Of a DNA stretch of 64,000 bases, positions 34,916-47,250 are shown one piece after another (position 1 is the first letter of the stretch; every line of letters begins with the position of its first letter). The position numbers and the translations under genes are program-made. The stretch comes from Phallusia mammillata. Taxonomy: Eukaryota. Below the pieces are notes generated by a model, which worked only from the letters and a program-made list of their open reading frames with translations, was not told the DNA's origin and ran no database searches. Location: the NCBI GenBank assembly GCA_965637545.1, contig OZ281501.1, positions 5,394,001-5,458,000 of the forward strand, written 5' to 3'.

Positions 34916-37043
34916 GTTTAGTTATTTCTAAAGTTTGTTCGCAAAAATATACCGTTACGCAAGTTGGTAACACGATCCAAAAACGTATAAAGACGACCTG
35001 AACATAGCTGGCAATTTGAACAGGAATTCTAAATTACCCTTTTGTTGGTATTACAAGAAACTGATGCCAGAAAGATCCCAGAGTTTAAAATAGACTATGA
35101 TCGAACAAACACAAGTACGCGTTTCCTATTTCCAATTTTGTAATTTTCCGTACCTTTTCGAAAGGATAAGTGAAACTACCTGAAGGCTTAAGTGGTTTTG
35201 CGTCCGGTAATAAATGTAGTTATTTTCTCCGTTATATTCCAGTGAAAACACACCTTAGTGTATGCGAGACCACCTTTGTGTATACGATGTAACTTAAAAA
35301 AATCAGATAGTATCTTATTTTATCCCGACCATCTCATACGTTATTGCGCTTATAGTAATAAATGCATGGGTATTTGGGTTATTTGTCAATTTTTGACCCA
35401 CATTTCATTTAATTGTTTGTTATAGGTAAAAGTGACCCTCGTTATATACGTAGTAATATACGTGGCAATTCAACTCGGAACAAAAACGCCAGGTTTCTAA
35501 TTAAGTTGACATCGCTAAAATTTAATTCGGGTTAGAAGAATATATGTTCATGGTTTGATTTGTTTTCAAGTACCTGTAGATTGCTAGAATACGTTATTTC
35601 GTGGCCCGTTCTACTTTAAAAGGAACGATTTTTATGTGCACAAATTAACAATATTACCTAATGATGACCGTTGTGCTAAAGTTTTACGTATGATAGCCGC
35701 TACTTTCCAAACTGTTTTTAACCGACCAAGAAAATCCAAGAATAAGCTATTCAAAGCAAAGAAACTATTGTTTGCATTAAAACGCCCACTGGCATTTTTA
35801 AGTCATAAGTCATGTCAAATTTCATGTAGGTACATTAACTTAAAACCTAGTAGTTTCCCAAGGGAGATTGACGCAAGAATTTCTGATTTTCAAACCCTCA
35901 CGTGTGATATTTTAAATTAATTTAGACCAAATTTTTAATGTACCAAATATCTTTGGTTTGTACCAAATATATTTGGTCCGTTTTGACAGACCTTCTTATG
36001 CAGATGCAATCACCAATTACACATTACTCCAAAATCGAGATAATATACATCCTCTCTCTCCAGAAAACAACTCGCACACTCTTTGGGTTAACTATAATTG
36101 CACCCCAAAAAGTTGCAATTCACAAATAATCGTGTTATATCTTCAATACTCATAAAACGTTTGATTCAAAAGCTTGTTCTATTTTGGCTTGCCTTTACAA
36201 AACGAAACAAACACATTTAAATGTAGAAAACAACACAAAGTGGAACCTTGTCATTAATTCGATTAAAAGGTTGTTAATCAAATCAACAAAATACAAGGCG
36301 ATATGACGGACAACAGAATGATGTTGGCAAAGAGACGATGTATAGAATGAACTTTACTTTTACTTATGAAACCTTATAACTCCTTGCATATTCGGATTAG
36401 AAAAATAAAATAAAAAAGTAAGTGCGTTAATAAAGTTAATATATGATTGGAGCGAAACAGTGTTAATGTGTCACCACAAACCTTGACAAAACGGGAGAAA
36501 TTTCTCTCAGAAGATAAATTTACTCTAAGTTCGAGCACAAATAATGTTAGATTTTAGTTTAATGCGAACTGAAGTAATATTCTGCGCAAAGTGTGACTAG
36601 CCATTAAAAAACAAACAAGAAAAATACACGACAACTCAAGAAAAAACACAAAAATAATAAAATAAACACGTTAAACGGTTAGATTTGGCAAATGCAATTG
36701 ATCAAACGTTCAGGGTATATTAATGTTAAAAATTAATGTTATTGTTACTATCTGATAAACAACTCCTTGCCATTTTCTCTTTGCAGCTCTGCTTAGGGTT
36801 CCATTATGAACCTTTCAAAATATGCTGAGGTGTTTGTCCAAGCTGTGCTGCACAGGCTCAGCGGTGTTGCAAAACTAAATTTCAACACAAGCCACAACTC
36901 CCGCGTGGGGCGTGGATTGTAAGGGTAGTAGCCTAATTAGCAATGTTTACTCTTATGTAAAGCGAGTTCTGATGTAGTGAAGAAGCGCTTTGGAAGCTCT
37001 AACTTTGTTAAGACCCCAGCTATTATTGTTATTTAGCATCCAA

Positions 37044-40000
37044 TCACACAACAGTAATTGAATGTTCCTGGATTTCCATTGCCGAATTCTTATCTGTTGT
37101 TATACTTTGTGTGTCAACCTCCCTCACCGTTTGCACCTGTATCGGTAATTTCAAAGGTGTCTCGCCGTCGTCTTCACAGTAAGCAATCTGACCCTCGCCC
37201 ACCGAATGATAGGCGCTGTCCGAACGGTGTCTTGCGATCTTTGGGGATCTGGCTTGCGGCGTTTTGTAATGCACACCATTCAGGTCTTTGGTTATAACTT
37301 GAGGGGGGTCGTTTAAAACAAGTTGAGTGCTTGTGGTTGTTACCACGGCTTTAGGTTCCGTTTGTGACTCTGGGTCAGATAGTAAAGGAAGATTAGTATT
37401 AGCTGATCCTGCTGGTATCTTGTCCTCTTTCTTTTGGATGCGTGGTGTTTCTTTTTGAGGTTGCTTTTCTTTAAGTTTGTTTTTGCGTTTTCGCCGGCTA
37501 ACAAACACAGCGATTACAACTATTACCACAATGCTGGCAACAACAAATGCTACAATCAATACCAAAAGCACACTGATTTTAAACTCGTCTTCAGTCCCAA
37601 ACGCTTTTGGAGACGGTTGCTCCACCGGTTCTGTAACTTGTTCTGTCGTAGATTTTATGGGGTATGTTGCAAGTGGATTAACATTTTCAGGTGGCAAAGT
37701 TTCCTCTTTTTTAGGCTCCACATCCTCTTTGGGGATCGAATCTTTCTTTTCCGGTGCTGCGATTACCACAGCCGGGGTTGAGATGCTTGCTTTGCTTGTA
37801 GCCGGTGATGGTTTTGTGGACGTTGGTTGTTCTTTCGGACAAAATATCGGAAGAGACAACGTGCTAAGCATTTTTCCCGCAGCGTTTCCAGTTTGACATT
37901 GAATGTCCAGAGTAGTCTTCCACTGCGGACTTGTGATGCCGTTTTTAAGGAAATACTAACAAGAAGTACAAAGGTCATTTTACATTGGAAATTGATGTTC
38001 AAAGTGACGTTGTAGCTCCGTATATACCACAACAGCTAAAATGTCATTAGTTTACCCTTCCATTAAAGCTTAATACCAAGCACTCATACCAGAGTCACAA
38101 TAGTCACAGACACAATCGCATGACCACCGAGTTAAATTCGTATCCAACTTTGAAGCTTACCCAATACTCATAGACACAGTCGCATGACCACGGATTGCCG
38201 TTTACGAAATATTCGGATGAGAATGAAGGCAAACTTCCGCTATGACTCGAGGTCCTGAATAAATCGGGGTCTGGGTAGGTCAGCTGGTTGTTAGCAAGTA
38301 GAACGTACTTGAATTGTCTGCAAACGAAAAAAACAAATGTTCTGGTGGCTTGATTTGTAGTGTTATAGTTTTTTTTGTGACAAGCGATTTTGTTTGATTG
38401 ATAAAATCACCAAAATGCGTTTGACTTAGATGTCTAAATGCATGTAGGAATTTTGAGGTGTTTTCACTTTCAAGGGTTTTTAGCTACCTAGGACAAAAAA
38501 ATCAAAAAAGTTTTCCTAAACCGAAACAGGTAATTTAAATGACCAAGCTTAATCTCGTAGACGAAGTCGAAAACCTTGTAGTTTTATTTAGTCACATACA
38601 TATGAACACGTAAAACTCTAAATGATTTTATCCTTTATAAATCAAAATGAAGCGGAAATCGATTTCAAATTTTCATTAACCTTTCTCGAAACTTTTGTGT
38701 GTTGTTTATAGTGTTGATGTTATTTTGTCGAAGATCAAGTTTATTCAATTTCGGATAATAATGAAGGTCCATTCCGTCGAAACTAGTCAATCTGTTGTCT
38801 TTAAGAAGTAGAGTTCTACACAGAAATACAAACCATCAAATTTATGCTATCTGTTTAAATACATGTTGGTGCTGTCCCAGTCAGAAAATATCTCGGAGTT
38901 ATCCCCGGGCCAAACTAGGGATTTGGGACACTGTTCGAATTAGCAGTGGTTTATCTTAGATTAACTCAGATAAGTGTTCTTACACATTTTTCTTATTTGA
39001 GGTTGTGGAGACGATGTTTTAACAAGTAAACAATATTTTAATTCATGTTATTGCAAACTATGTTAATCTTGTGGAAAACTGTTTCTATGATTATCTGCGA
39101 TAACCCATGGGTAAATCGTGGAAGTACCGATGGTATTTTCGGAATCCTGTGTTATTGCCAAATCAATGACTTTACATCAAATTTACTGTTTAAATAAGTT
39201 TAAATTTGTATCTAGCCTACACAACTAATACCCTATAGGCCGACATAAAACGCGTGGGCATATAAATTATCAATAGAGCTTTTTTTTACACTCGCTGTAC
39301 ACATTTTTTTCGTTGTTGAAACATACAATACACAAACTATGCGAACTATTTTAAAATTATTGGCTGGTTTCGTCACTGTGAGTCCAGTTATTCCCGCGTT
39401 TTATCTTTTTGAAAGAGTTTGGCAAGGGACCAGACTTGATTTCACTACAACGATTTAGGTTTTGGCGGGTGGCGCGTATTTACGTGGATTTAAGTTGTTT
39501 GAAGTCCGTTAGTGCATAAAATACTTAGTGTATTTGTTTAGACTCTATAGGTATTAATTAAAGTTTGTGGAATACATTGCTTCATGAAACAAGCCATAAG
39601 GCAGCAGGTTTGTGGAATGTATAATGACATATGTAAAAGTCTTTTAGATGTAGGCCACGTTAACTGCTAGCAACACTATGTTTACATTTTCCAACTTACT
39701 CTGTATATGTTAAATCTTATTTGCCAGTAATTGCCGATTTCTATTGATTCCCGCATTTCCTCAGTACAACTTGTGTTGTAATCTATTGCGTTGTGTGACG
39801 TAATAATCGACTACCAGTTTTGTGTGATAACGCAGCGTGATTTAGTCCTTTTCGTTGCTGACTTCCGTGGAGCACGGTGCTGCGTCGGTTTTATTAGAAA
39901 AGCCGTTTGTTGTCGTGTTGACGATTATTGGTGAGTCACTTTGTATATATATGTGTTTAATGACTCCAAAACGTGAATTACTACAATAAATGCGAACTTA

Positions 40001-42926
40001 ACTGCAATGACTTAAAATGTCATTTTGCTTTGTAATATTTGTACTGTACGTGTAGTTGGGTTCATTTATCCAACCATATTTATTTTCTGAGGAGTATTGC
40101 AATTCACATCTTACAAGGATGCAACAATTGACAAAATCGAAAATGAAGTTACCGTTTCTCTGGCTGGGGATTGGAATGGGAGGCGCGAGGAGAGAAGAAA
40201 AAAATTGAAAATTTAACAAATGAGAGTGACAGCAACACCAGTACGGACACCACACCATGTGAAGACTGCGATGACATGGAATGAAATCCAAGTTTGGGGC
40301 AAAAGTTGCATCTGGCAAAATGGCAAAATACTGCCTAAACGACTTTTGCCCCAACCTGCCGTTTAAACTGTTCGTTTGTTTATTATATCCGTGTGCGCGT
40401 AAGTACAATGAGAATAAATAATTGTAGCGGGTATTTTGCATTTGGTGTAAAGCAGGGATACGTTTGGCCAGGCTACTTCCACGTTAGGCCCATACATAAG
40501 GCCCTACCAAGGGAAATCAGCGATAATCTAACATGGGCCCGATGTTACCTTTCCTGTCTCCCGCCAGTGATAAATCTATGGGGTATCTCCAATCATCAAA
40601 TTATGGGCCATACTAAACTCGAAGATATTTCGACTAAGGCCCGCACAAAAATTTCCGACTGGGGTGGAAAAACAACAATTTCTTTCAACGTAATCGAAAC
40701 TAATATGAAAACAGCATTTATAAACATTTCAGTTAAATGCGCTTAGAACAAAAACTGTATTTAAATTATATTAAAATCGTATAAATAAAAATGTGTATGG
40801 ACCTTGGTCCTATTTAAATTAGTAATGATAAGTTCTTTTAAATGATCCACAAAAGCTATATTGGTCGAAACTAATTCCACAATTTTAATATGACCAAGTT
40901 GGCATATATTTGCCCACCTTAGACTGGGAAATTTAAAATCCCCGTTCCAGGGAAGGCTTGTTAATTGGTTTCCGCTGAGGTCCAAAATTTCCACTGATCT
41001 TAGAGACCGAAACGCATCGGGATGAATAACAGATATACGGTTGTTTGCCAACCGAAGTTCCCTAAGGCTTCCCAAGTCGTTGAATGCAAACTGCGTAATT
41101 TCAGTGATGACATTGTCGTTGAGATCAATCAAAGTGAGATTTGGAAGGCCTACAAAACATATTGGGATTTTTATTCCTCACTTAACTTGAAGTTTAGCTA
41201 AATAACAGTCTACACTTATAAGTTGCTCTTAAATTTTCGAATTGGTAAGCTTTCGTTTTATAGTCAATAGGATGAATTTAGAAGCCGAGCTTATACGATA
41301 AACACAAATTTAAAAGTGTTTAGACAATTCGATTGTTTAATCCCAAATAGTGCTCTATTACAGTGGTGGACAACCGCCGGGCCGCGGCACGGTACCGGTC
41401 CGCGACGAGTTCGTTACCGGGCCGTACAATTTTTTAGGTTAAATGGTTCAAATCATTTTGCCCAAGTATCCCGGGGATGATAAAGTAATTTAGGCGTTTT
41501 CATTGTTAAATATTTGTAGTTTTTTGAAGGCCGGTCCGCGATAAAATTTTAGTTTCAAAAATGGTTCGCAGTAGAAAAAAGGTTGCCGACCCCTGCTCTA
41601 TTACCAATTTGGTGCTCTATTACCCAGAACACAAAAGTTTAGGCTTTTAGAAATTACGACAATTTCTTTTAAACGAAACAACAATAGTTTGTCAAAAATC
41701 AGAAAGAATTTTACAATACCTGCAAATGCATGCTGATGGATAGTTTGAATTTCGTTGTTAGCGAGAGAGATATTGTGAACTGTAGTACAATATTTGAACG
41801 CGTTGTTTTCAACATATCTTATTTGGTTTCCGTTCAAGTTTACCTCTTGGAGACGTGGGTACGGAGCCAGATCCTCTGCAAAGTGTAGAATTCCTTGTAC
41901 TAGATGTTCAACAGAGTACGCTATGCTTGATATTCGATGTTATACTTGATGTTAAACACCAAAGCGAGCAAGAAATATCACTTAGTAGTAGTTATCGTAA
42001 ATTCAAAGTCAAAACATTTGCGTAACCCAATCAACTCAAAAAGAGTGGCAGACGGGATCGTCAGTGTAATCAAATTAATATTTCTGTTTTAAATAAAAGA
42101 TTACACTGACGCTTATTGTCTGCCATTCTTTTTGAGTATATTTGGTATAAGATTATTTGATAAGTGAAGACAGATCCGTGGGTCACCACCCTGTTACACA
42201 GGCGGATTCTTGTAGTCTGCTATGACATTACACTTACATTTGCGTTAATTGATGAAAATATCAACTGATTTTTGACTCACGAGGATATATTCTTTCGATG
42301 CAAGTACCGTTTGCCCATAGAATTTTGCCCGTCTGTGGTGGAGCTGGACTCACTATTTTGTCTGGTATGGGAATTCTAACGATGCTAGTTCCGTTGCAAA
42401 GAATTCTCCAGCTTCTAAAGTTGTAAAAACACCTAGAAGGCACAATGGCACTCTGTTAAATTTGCAGGCCTGTTAAGCCGCATTGATATGCATGATGTAT
42501 AAAAGGAATGATGACAAATGCTTGACTCTGATGACGTCATATTTTGCATGAAACAAATTAGGTTTGGCAAAAATGTTTGATAATTCTGTTCCTTTCGCAG
42601 GGTTTAACATTGCGTGAATAGTATTTCAAATATATTTCTGGTTCACGCTGGCATAAACCAAACCTTGCTATTTGACAGTTTGAACTTAAAGGATCAATGG
42701 TGCATTTGCAAATGTGGCGAAACTGCAACCGAGGCAATGAAGCAAAACCTTAACAAAGCTAGGCAAACTAGTGTTATTATCTTGTGGGATTCATTATGTG
42801 AAGCTCTTACGTTGATTTACGACCGGTGCAGCTTCCAGCGTTGCCTAGGCTCATCGTGGTCCAAGCCACAGATAGCATGAACATCACGGTCTGTATAGAC
42901 CGATGTTGTTTTTGACAATATAACAT
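37044..42926 (-). CDS. LRR transmembrane protein, paralog C (~619 aa; Pro/Thr/Glu stalk, ~150-aa tail ending HSITVV)
   Basis: Exons 42811-42926, 42281-42432 (152), 41720-41875 (156), 40918-41149 (232), 38681-38815 (135), 38161-38317 and 37044-37955 (1860 nt; phases 2,1,1,2,2,0). GNPWSCDC; TM ISVLLVLIVAFVVASIVVIVVIAVFV followed by SRRKRK. Confidence 0.92.
38876..40663 (+). mobile_element. Non-autonomous CMC/EnSpm-like DNA transposon (1788 bp) in intron 4 of gene C
   Basis: Termini CCCAGTCAGAAA / TTTCCGACTGGG (11/12 inverted match), 2-bp TSD GT, GGGCC/GGCCC subterminal repeats, and a relic reading frame at 40091-40284. Confidence 0.75.
41361..41595. mobile_element. hAT MITE in intron 3 of gene C (family of 20193-20402)
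   Basis: TIRs CAGTGGTGGACAACC / GGTTGCCGACCCCTG; perfect TSD CTCTATTA; shares GTTCGTTACCGGGCCG and GGCCGGTCCG.GATAAAA with 20193. Confidence 0.9.
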
Positions 42927-45829
42927 TGCAAATATCTTAATGTCTGTCTAAACTTTGATCTGTAACTTACAAGTACAACATCTAAGTTCAAAATCATTCA
43001 TTGTTGCAAAAAGACAGAACTGTTTAATCAAAAGCTTTCGTGAACAAATATCTTTTGATGAAATCTACAAAATGTAATACAACCGTTACATGGCCTTTAC
43101 TGTCAATGCATGGTAAAAACCCTAAGCATTTAACAGGCCACCTGCCATGTCGAAAACTAGTTAACACCTAATTCTAAGAACTGGTATGGGACTTTTGGGA
43201 ACCAATGTTTGCTCAAATGGATTTTTCTCGCGACAGTGCATGTGTACACAAACTATAAGAGCGATTTCTGGCTACAGTGCGTTCTCGATCAATTGCGGCT
43301 ATCTAATGCAAACACAAAACGGCAAATGCATTGAAGATTACACATATGCTTGGTCCGTGTTAGTATTAGTAACATTAACTTTAAATAAAATTTGTCACAA
43401 AACTTTGGGTTTAAAAGCTTAGATTTTCCGTGGGGAGTTGTAGAGCCATATCAGATGGATTGAAACTATCGGCATAATTAACGTTGTTAAACGTCCTTTC
43501 TGTTTCTTCAAGTTATTTACATTCTGCTTGACTATATATTGCAATAAACACTGATAACTGACCAACTCTCACTTGTCACTTGAAAGAACGTAAAAGAAAA
43601 CGTTATTTAAAGGTCACACTGTAGCAAAAATGAACAACAAGTATGTGTTGTTAAACCAAAATGCCACTGTCATATAATAATTATATACCCTTGATCTAAA
43701 GTTGATGTAAACGAGGTGAAACCTCCTGACACGCGAAATAAATTTAGTAAAAGGTGGTTTTGGAAGAATGCGATTGTAGACAGAATCTCTTCAATTGGCT
43801 GAACTCATCACAATGCCAACGTTACCTGATAGAACAATAAATCAGGTACAGTTCCTCTTATGGGACGCATTGTCTTTGAGTCAATATACATTTTACTTTT
43901 TCCACGGATAGGTCGTAATCTATTTACATTTGCGGTCAAGTTTATAGTTCCACTGTTGGCTAAGTGCTGTATTTCTTATGACTGTGGCCAAAGAACTAAC
44001 ATTGTTTCTCTTTATATTAACGTGTTCGTGGGAAGGTTTTAAATATTAACGCAAAACGAATTAGTTCCGGGTAAAACTACCTAATATGGATTTTTTGACA
44101 ATTTGCAAGAATTAATAGCACAAACGTAGCTATGTTAAACGATTCGTAACTGTGAGCAGGTGCCATCGTAACGCTATTTAAAAAAATGTTCTACCAAAGT
44201 TGCAATAAATTGACTTAAATCTAAAAAAATCTACGTTGGCCTTCCAAAGGAATTTTTTGAATCTTTTGATAGCTTTCGTTACGTTTTAGTATTTCTTGAA
44301 ACTGCATGAGTGATGGCTTTGTTTTATTTGTACATTTTTTTAAAGATGTCCTTTTTTAGTATTTAAACAAAGATAATAGTATCACAGGTGCTCAGTTGTC
44401 CAACGAAATACCAAATAAGGAATCTCAAAGGTGAAAGTTTTTGGTTCCTCCGAAATTGTAAAATCGTTTTGTACGAGCTCCTCGCTTTACAAACCGTCCC
44501 TGGAAAACCCCTGGTCCTTCAGTTGACGAAACTGACTTGTTTGTATTTAAATTGACCTGCTAAAACTTCCCGTTGCCGCGGCTAACTTTCGTTTCTGCTT
44601 TACTGCATTATTATTATATATGACTTTTTCCCACTGCGCCAATGTCATTTTTACTTTAGCCATGGCCTTGTACTGCTGTTTATTTTTACATTACGATTTT
44701 TTCCTGCAACCAGATATATTCGCATGTAATGCTATTGCGATTAGGGCAGCACATTACCGCACCCGTTAAAGCAAAACACAAACCAAACTTTTAGTTACAT
44801 TTTACTTAACGTATTGACATAACTTGATGTACACAACGCCTATGTACAAGATTGAAGGAAGTCACATGTTCGTAACTTACATTTGCAAGTGCTTGAACTA
44901 AAAACTGCTATAGGTTCAGATAAAAATGGTAGCAAAACAGTACGATTAAACAATTCAATAATTAGTAAAGTGCCTAAAAGACTCATCTGGATAAAGCTAA
45001 AGAATACTGCAGTTAGACAGTCATTGCAATGTGACTAAATACATTCAACAAATCAAAGCTAACATTTGTACAACCAGTCCAAGCCAAAGGGAAATTCTAC
45101 AACATTTACAGTATTCCTTCCAATCTGCATAAACTTGAGACGTACTTTTAGTTTCTATAAACCGGAACTTTTGTTTTATTCGCGCCAACGCACAGGCTAT
45201 TCTAGGCTTTGAAAATTCACCTTGTGAAAGAGAGGTTCTTTTTCGCTACGCTCGACTGCTCCTTTTAAAGTGGGTTATTTCCCCGCGCGTTTCTCCCCAC
45301 TGTAAACAAGTGCGCGTTGTGTGCGTAAATTTGATAGCCCGAGAATGGCGGGAAGGCAAAGAGACGTCAACTACTAAAGTACTTAATTGTTGCCTACTGA
45401 AAGTGTATGAATGTAGATTACCACCGTTGTAGGCTTATTATGTTGATCGCTTTTGTGTACGTTTGCAGGATGTAATGAGGTGTTTTGCAAATCATGTTAT
45501 GTTCTTCAAATCACTACCAAACGTCGTTAAAGTCTTTAACGTCTTTTAGTGACTTTTAACAAATGTTGTTGGCACAGTTACACGTGCAATGTCCGCTTGT
45601 AAATATTTTGCTTAAGCCTTGAACTGTTACCACTTTTTCAAGAAAAAACTAATCAAATTTACTTTGCCACATTGTAGACTTTGACCCCCCTATTATTAAG
45701 GATTATCTCTCATGGACAATTGGCTTGTGGTGTTGCTGGAATTGAGTGGTCAATGTAATGAAAATATCTATCATTTTAACAAAGAAGTTTGACAACAAAA
45801 TTCGTTGCTTAATCGCAGTAGTTTGCCTT

Positions 45830-47250
45830 CTTCACTTCTACCTACTATTTCGTCTCGTTGATCAAAGTTTTTACGTGGTACATGTCCAAGCTAGCCCTGG
45901 TTCTTTGAATCCGCAGACCATACAAAGTCGTTGAATTGTGCAACACCTGGGTATTGTCGCAAACTTTTCAGCGATGGACTGGAAATTCCATTTGTGCAAC
46001 TACTGTAGTTGCATTGGGACGGTTTTACAGAAATACGGTTATTATAATAGGCTATATGAACTTGGTCATGTTACATGGGGTTCGCTTTAATGCATTGGCA
46101 AATTGAACACTTTGTAATCAAATAGGCACACTAACAGATGATCTCTGTGTTTGGTAACTGTAGGCTAGCTAATTGCAATTACTGCATTTGCATAAACACC
46201 AATAATTCAACACTTAGTTTTGGATATGTTGCATTTGCAAAGATACTTACAAAGCTAGCAGCGTTGCTTTCTTCGAAAACAACCCAAGGTCGAATTTCAA
46301 CTCAACAAGCCTATGAGAATCCGAAACGTTATTCTGTTTCCCCCTGTTCAGGACAGTTTCGACAAGGGTTGATTGTATTCTTTTTCGTACTTTGCTATTT
46401 TATAGTGCAATGTATGGTCTTCGTGGTTGGTAACTGTTGGCTATATCCAATTGCAATTAAAATCAACAGAGAAAATTTAACACTCGGCCATAGTTTTGGA
46501 TATGTTGCATTTGCAAAGTTGTTTGCAAAGCTGCAGAATTGCTCCTCACGCAACAACCCAAGGTCGAATTGGCAATCAGCACAAAATCTAAGAGGAACCG
46601 AAATTTTAATCACTTCCATGTTGCAACCCTATGCCCTCTTTAACGGGTAACAAATGCAGTGGTTCCAAAGGGCCCATACTACACTTCTCCCTGTTATTTA
46701 CTTGTTTACCAAAGTCGACGTGCCCAAGTTGACCGTAGTTCGCGAAACCCAGGCCAAACAAAGTCGTCCATTCGTGCAGCAGCTACGTATTTCCGAAATT
46801 TGAACAATCGCATTGGAACACCATTTACGAAACTATTGGGGGTGGTATCGTTACGATTGTTGTCTGCAGGAACGTATGCATGCTGCAAAAGGTTCGGTTA
46901 AACGCTATTTGAACACTTTAAATAGGTATAATGGTCTACGTGTTTGGTAACTATAGGCAATTGATTTGTCCAGTTACTGCATTTGCACAAATACAGAAAC
47001 AATCACTATTAGTTTTGCATATGTTGCGTTTGCAAAGATACTTACAAAGTTAGCAGCGTTGCTTTCCACGAAAACAACCCAAGGTCGCATTTCAACTCAA
47101 CACAACAAGTCTATGAGGAACCGAAACTTTATATTCGCTTCCTCCAAACCTTAGTTTGCAAGCGCAGCAAATCCAAAGAACATGTCCAGAATACCTGTTT
47201 TACATATTCGTTTGCTCTTGTTTTGTTTTTCGTGCTTTGTTATTTTATGG
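45830..47250. repeat. Diverged ~800-bp tandem duplication with an additional internal ~275-bp copy
   Basis: TAGTTTTG.ATATGTTGC.TTTGCAAAG...ACAACCCAAGGTCG occurs three times (~46217, ~46491, ~47010). CCA.ACAAAGTCGT and TTGAACACTTT occur twice (~45918/46103 and ~46754/46910). Confidence 0.85.

Noticed and set aside
37058-37896. Long plus-strand ORFs over the last exon of C (likewise 50831-51383 over D and 756-1166 over FERM)
   Set aside because: Antisense shadows of real coding exons.
42528-42575. CTGATGA...GAAA hammerhead-like spacing
   Set aside because: Stem II does not pair and there is no UH cleavage triplet.
43186-44560. Cys-containing ORF 43186-43422 and LRR-like words (VNLNTNK.., QFKY..) near 44400-44560
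   Set aside because: No periodicity or matching exon length and phase; similarity is at chance level.
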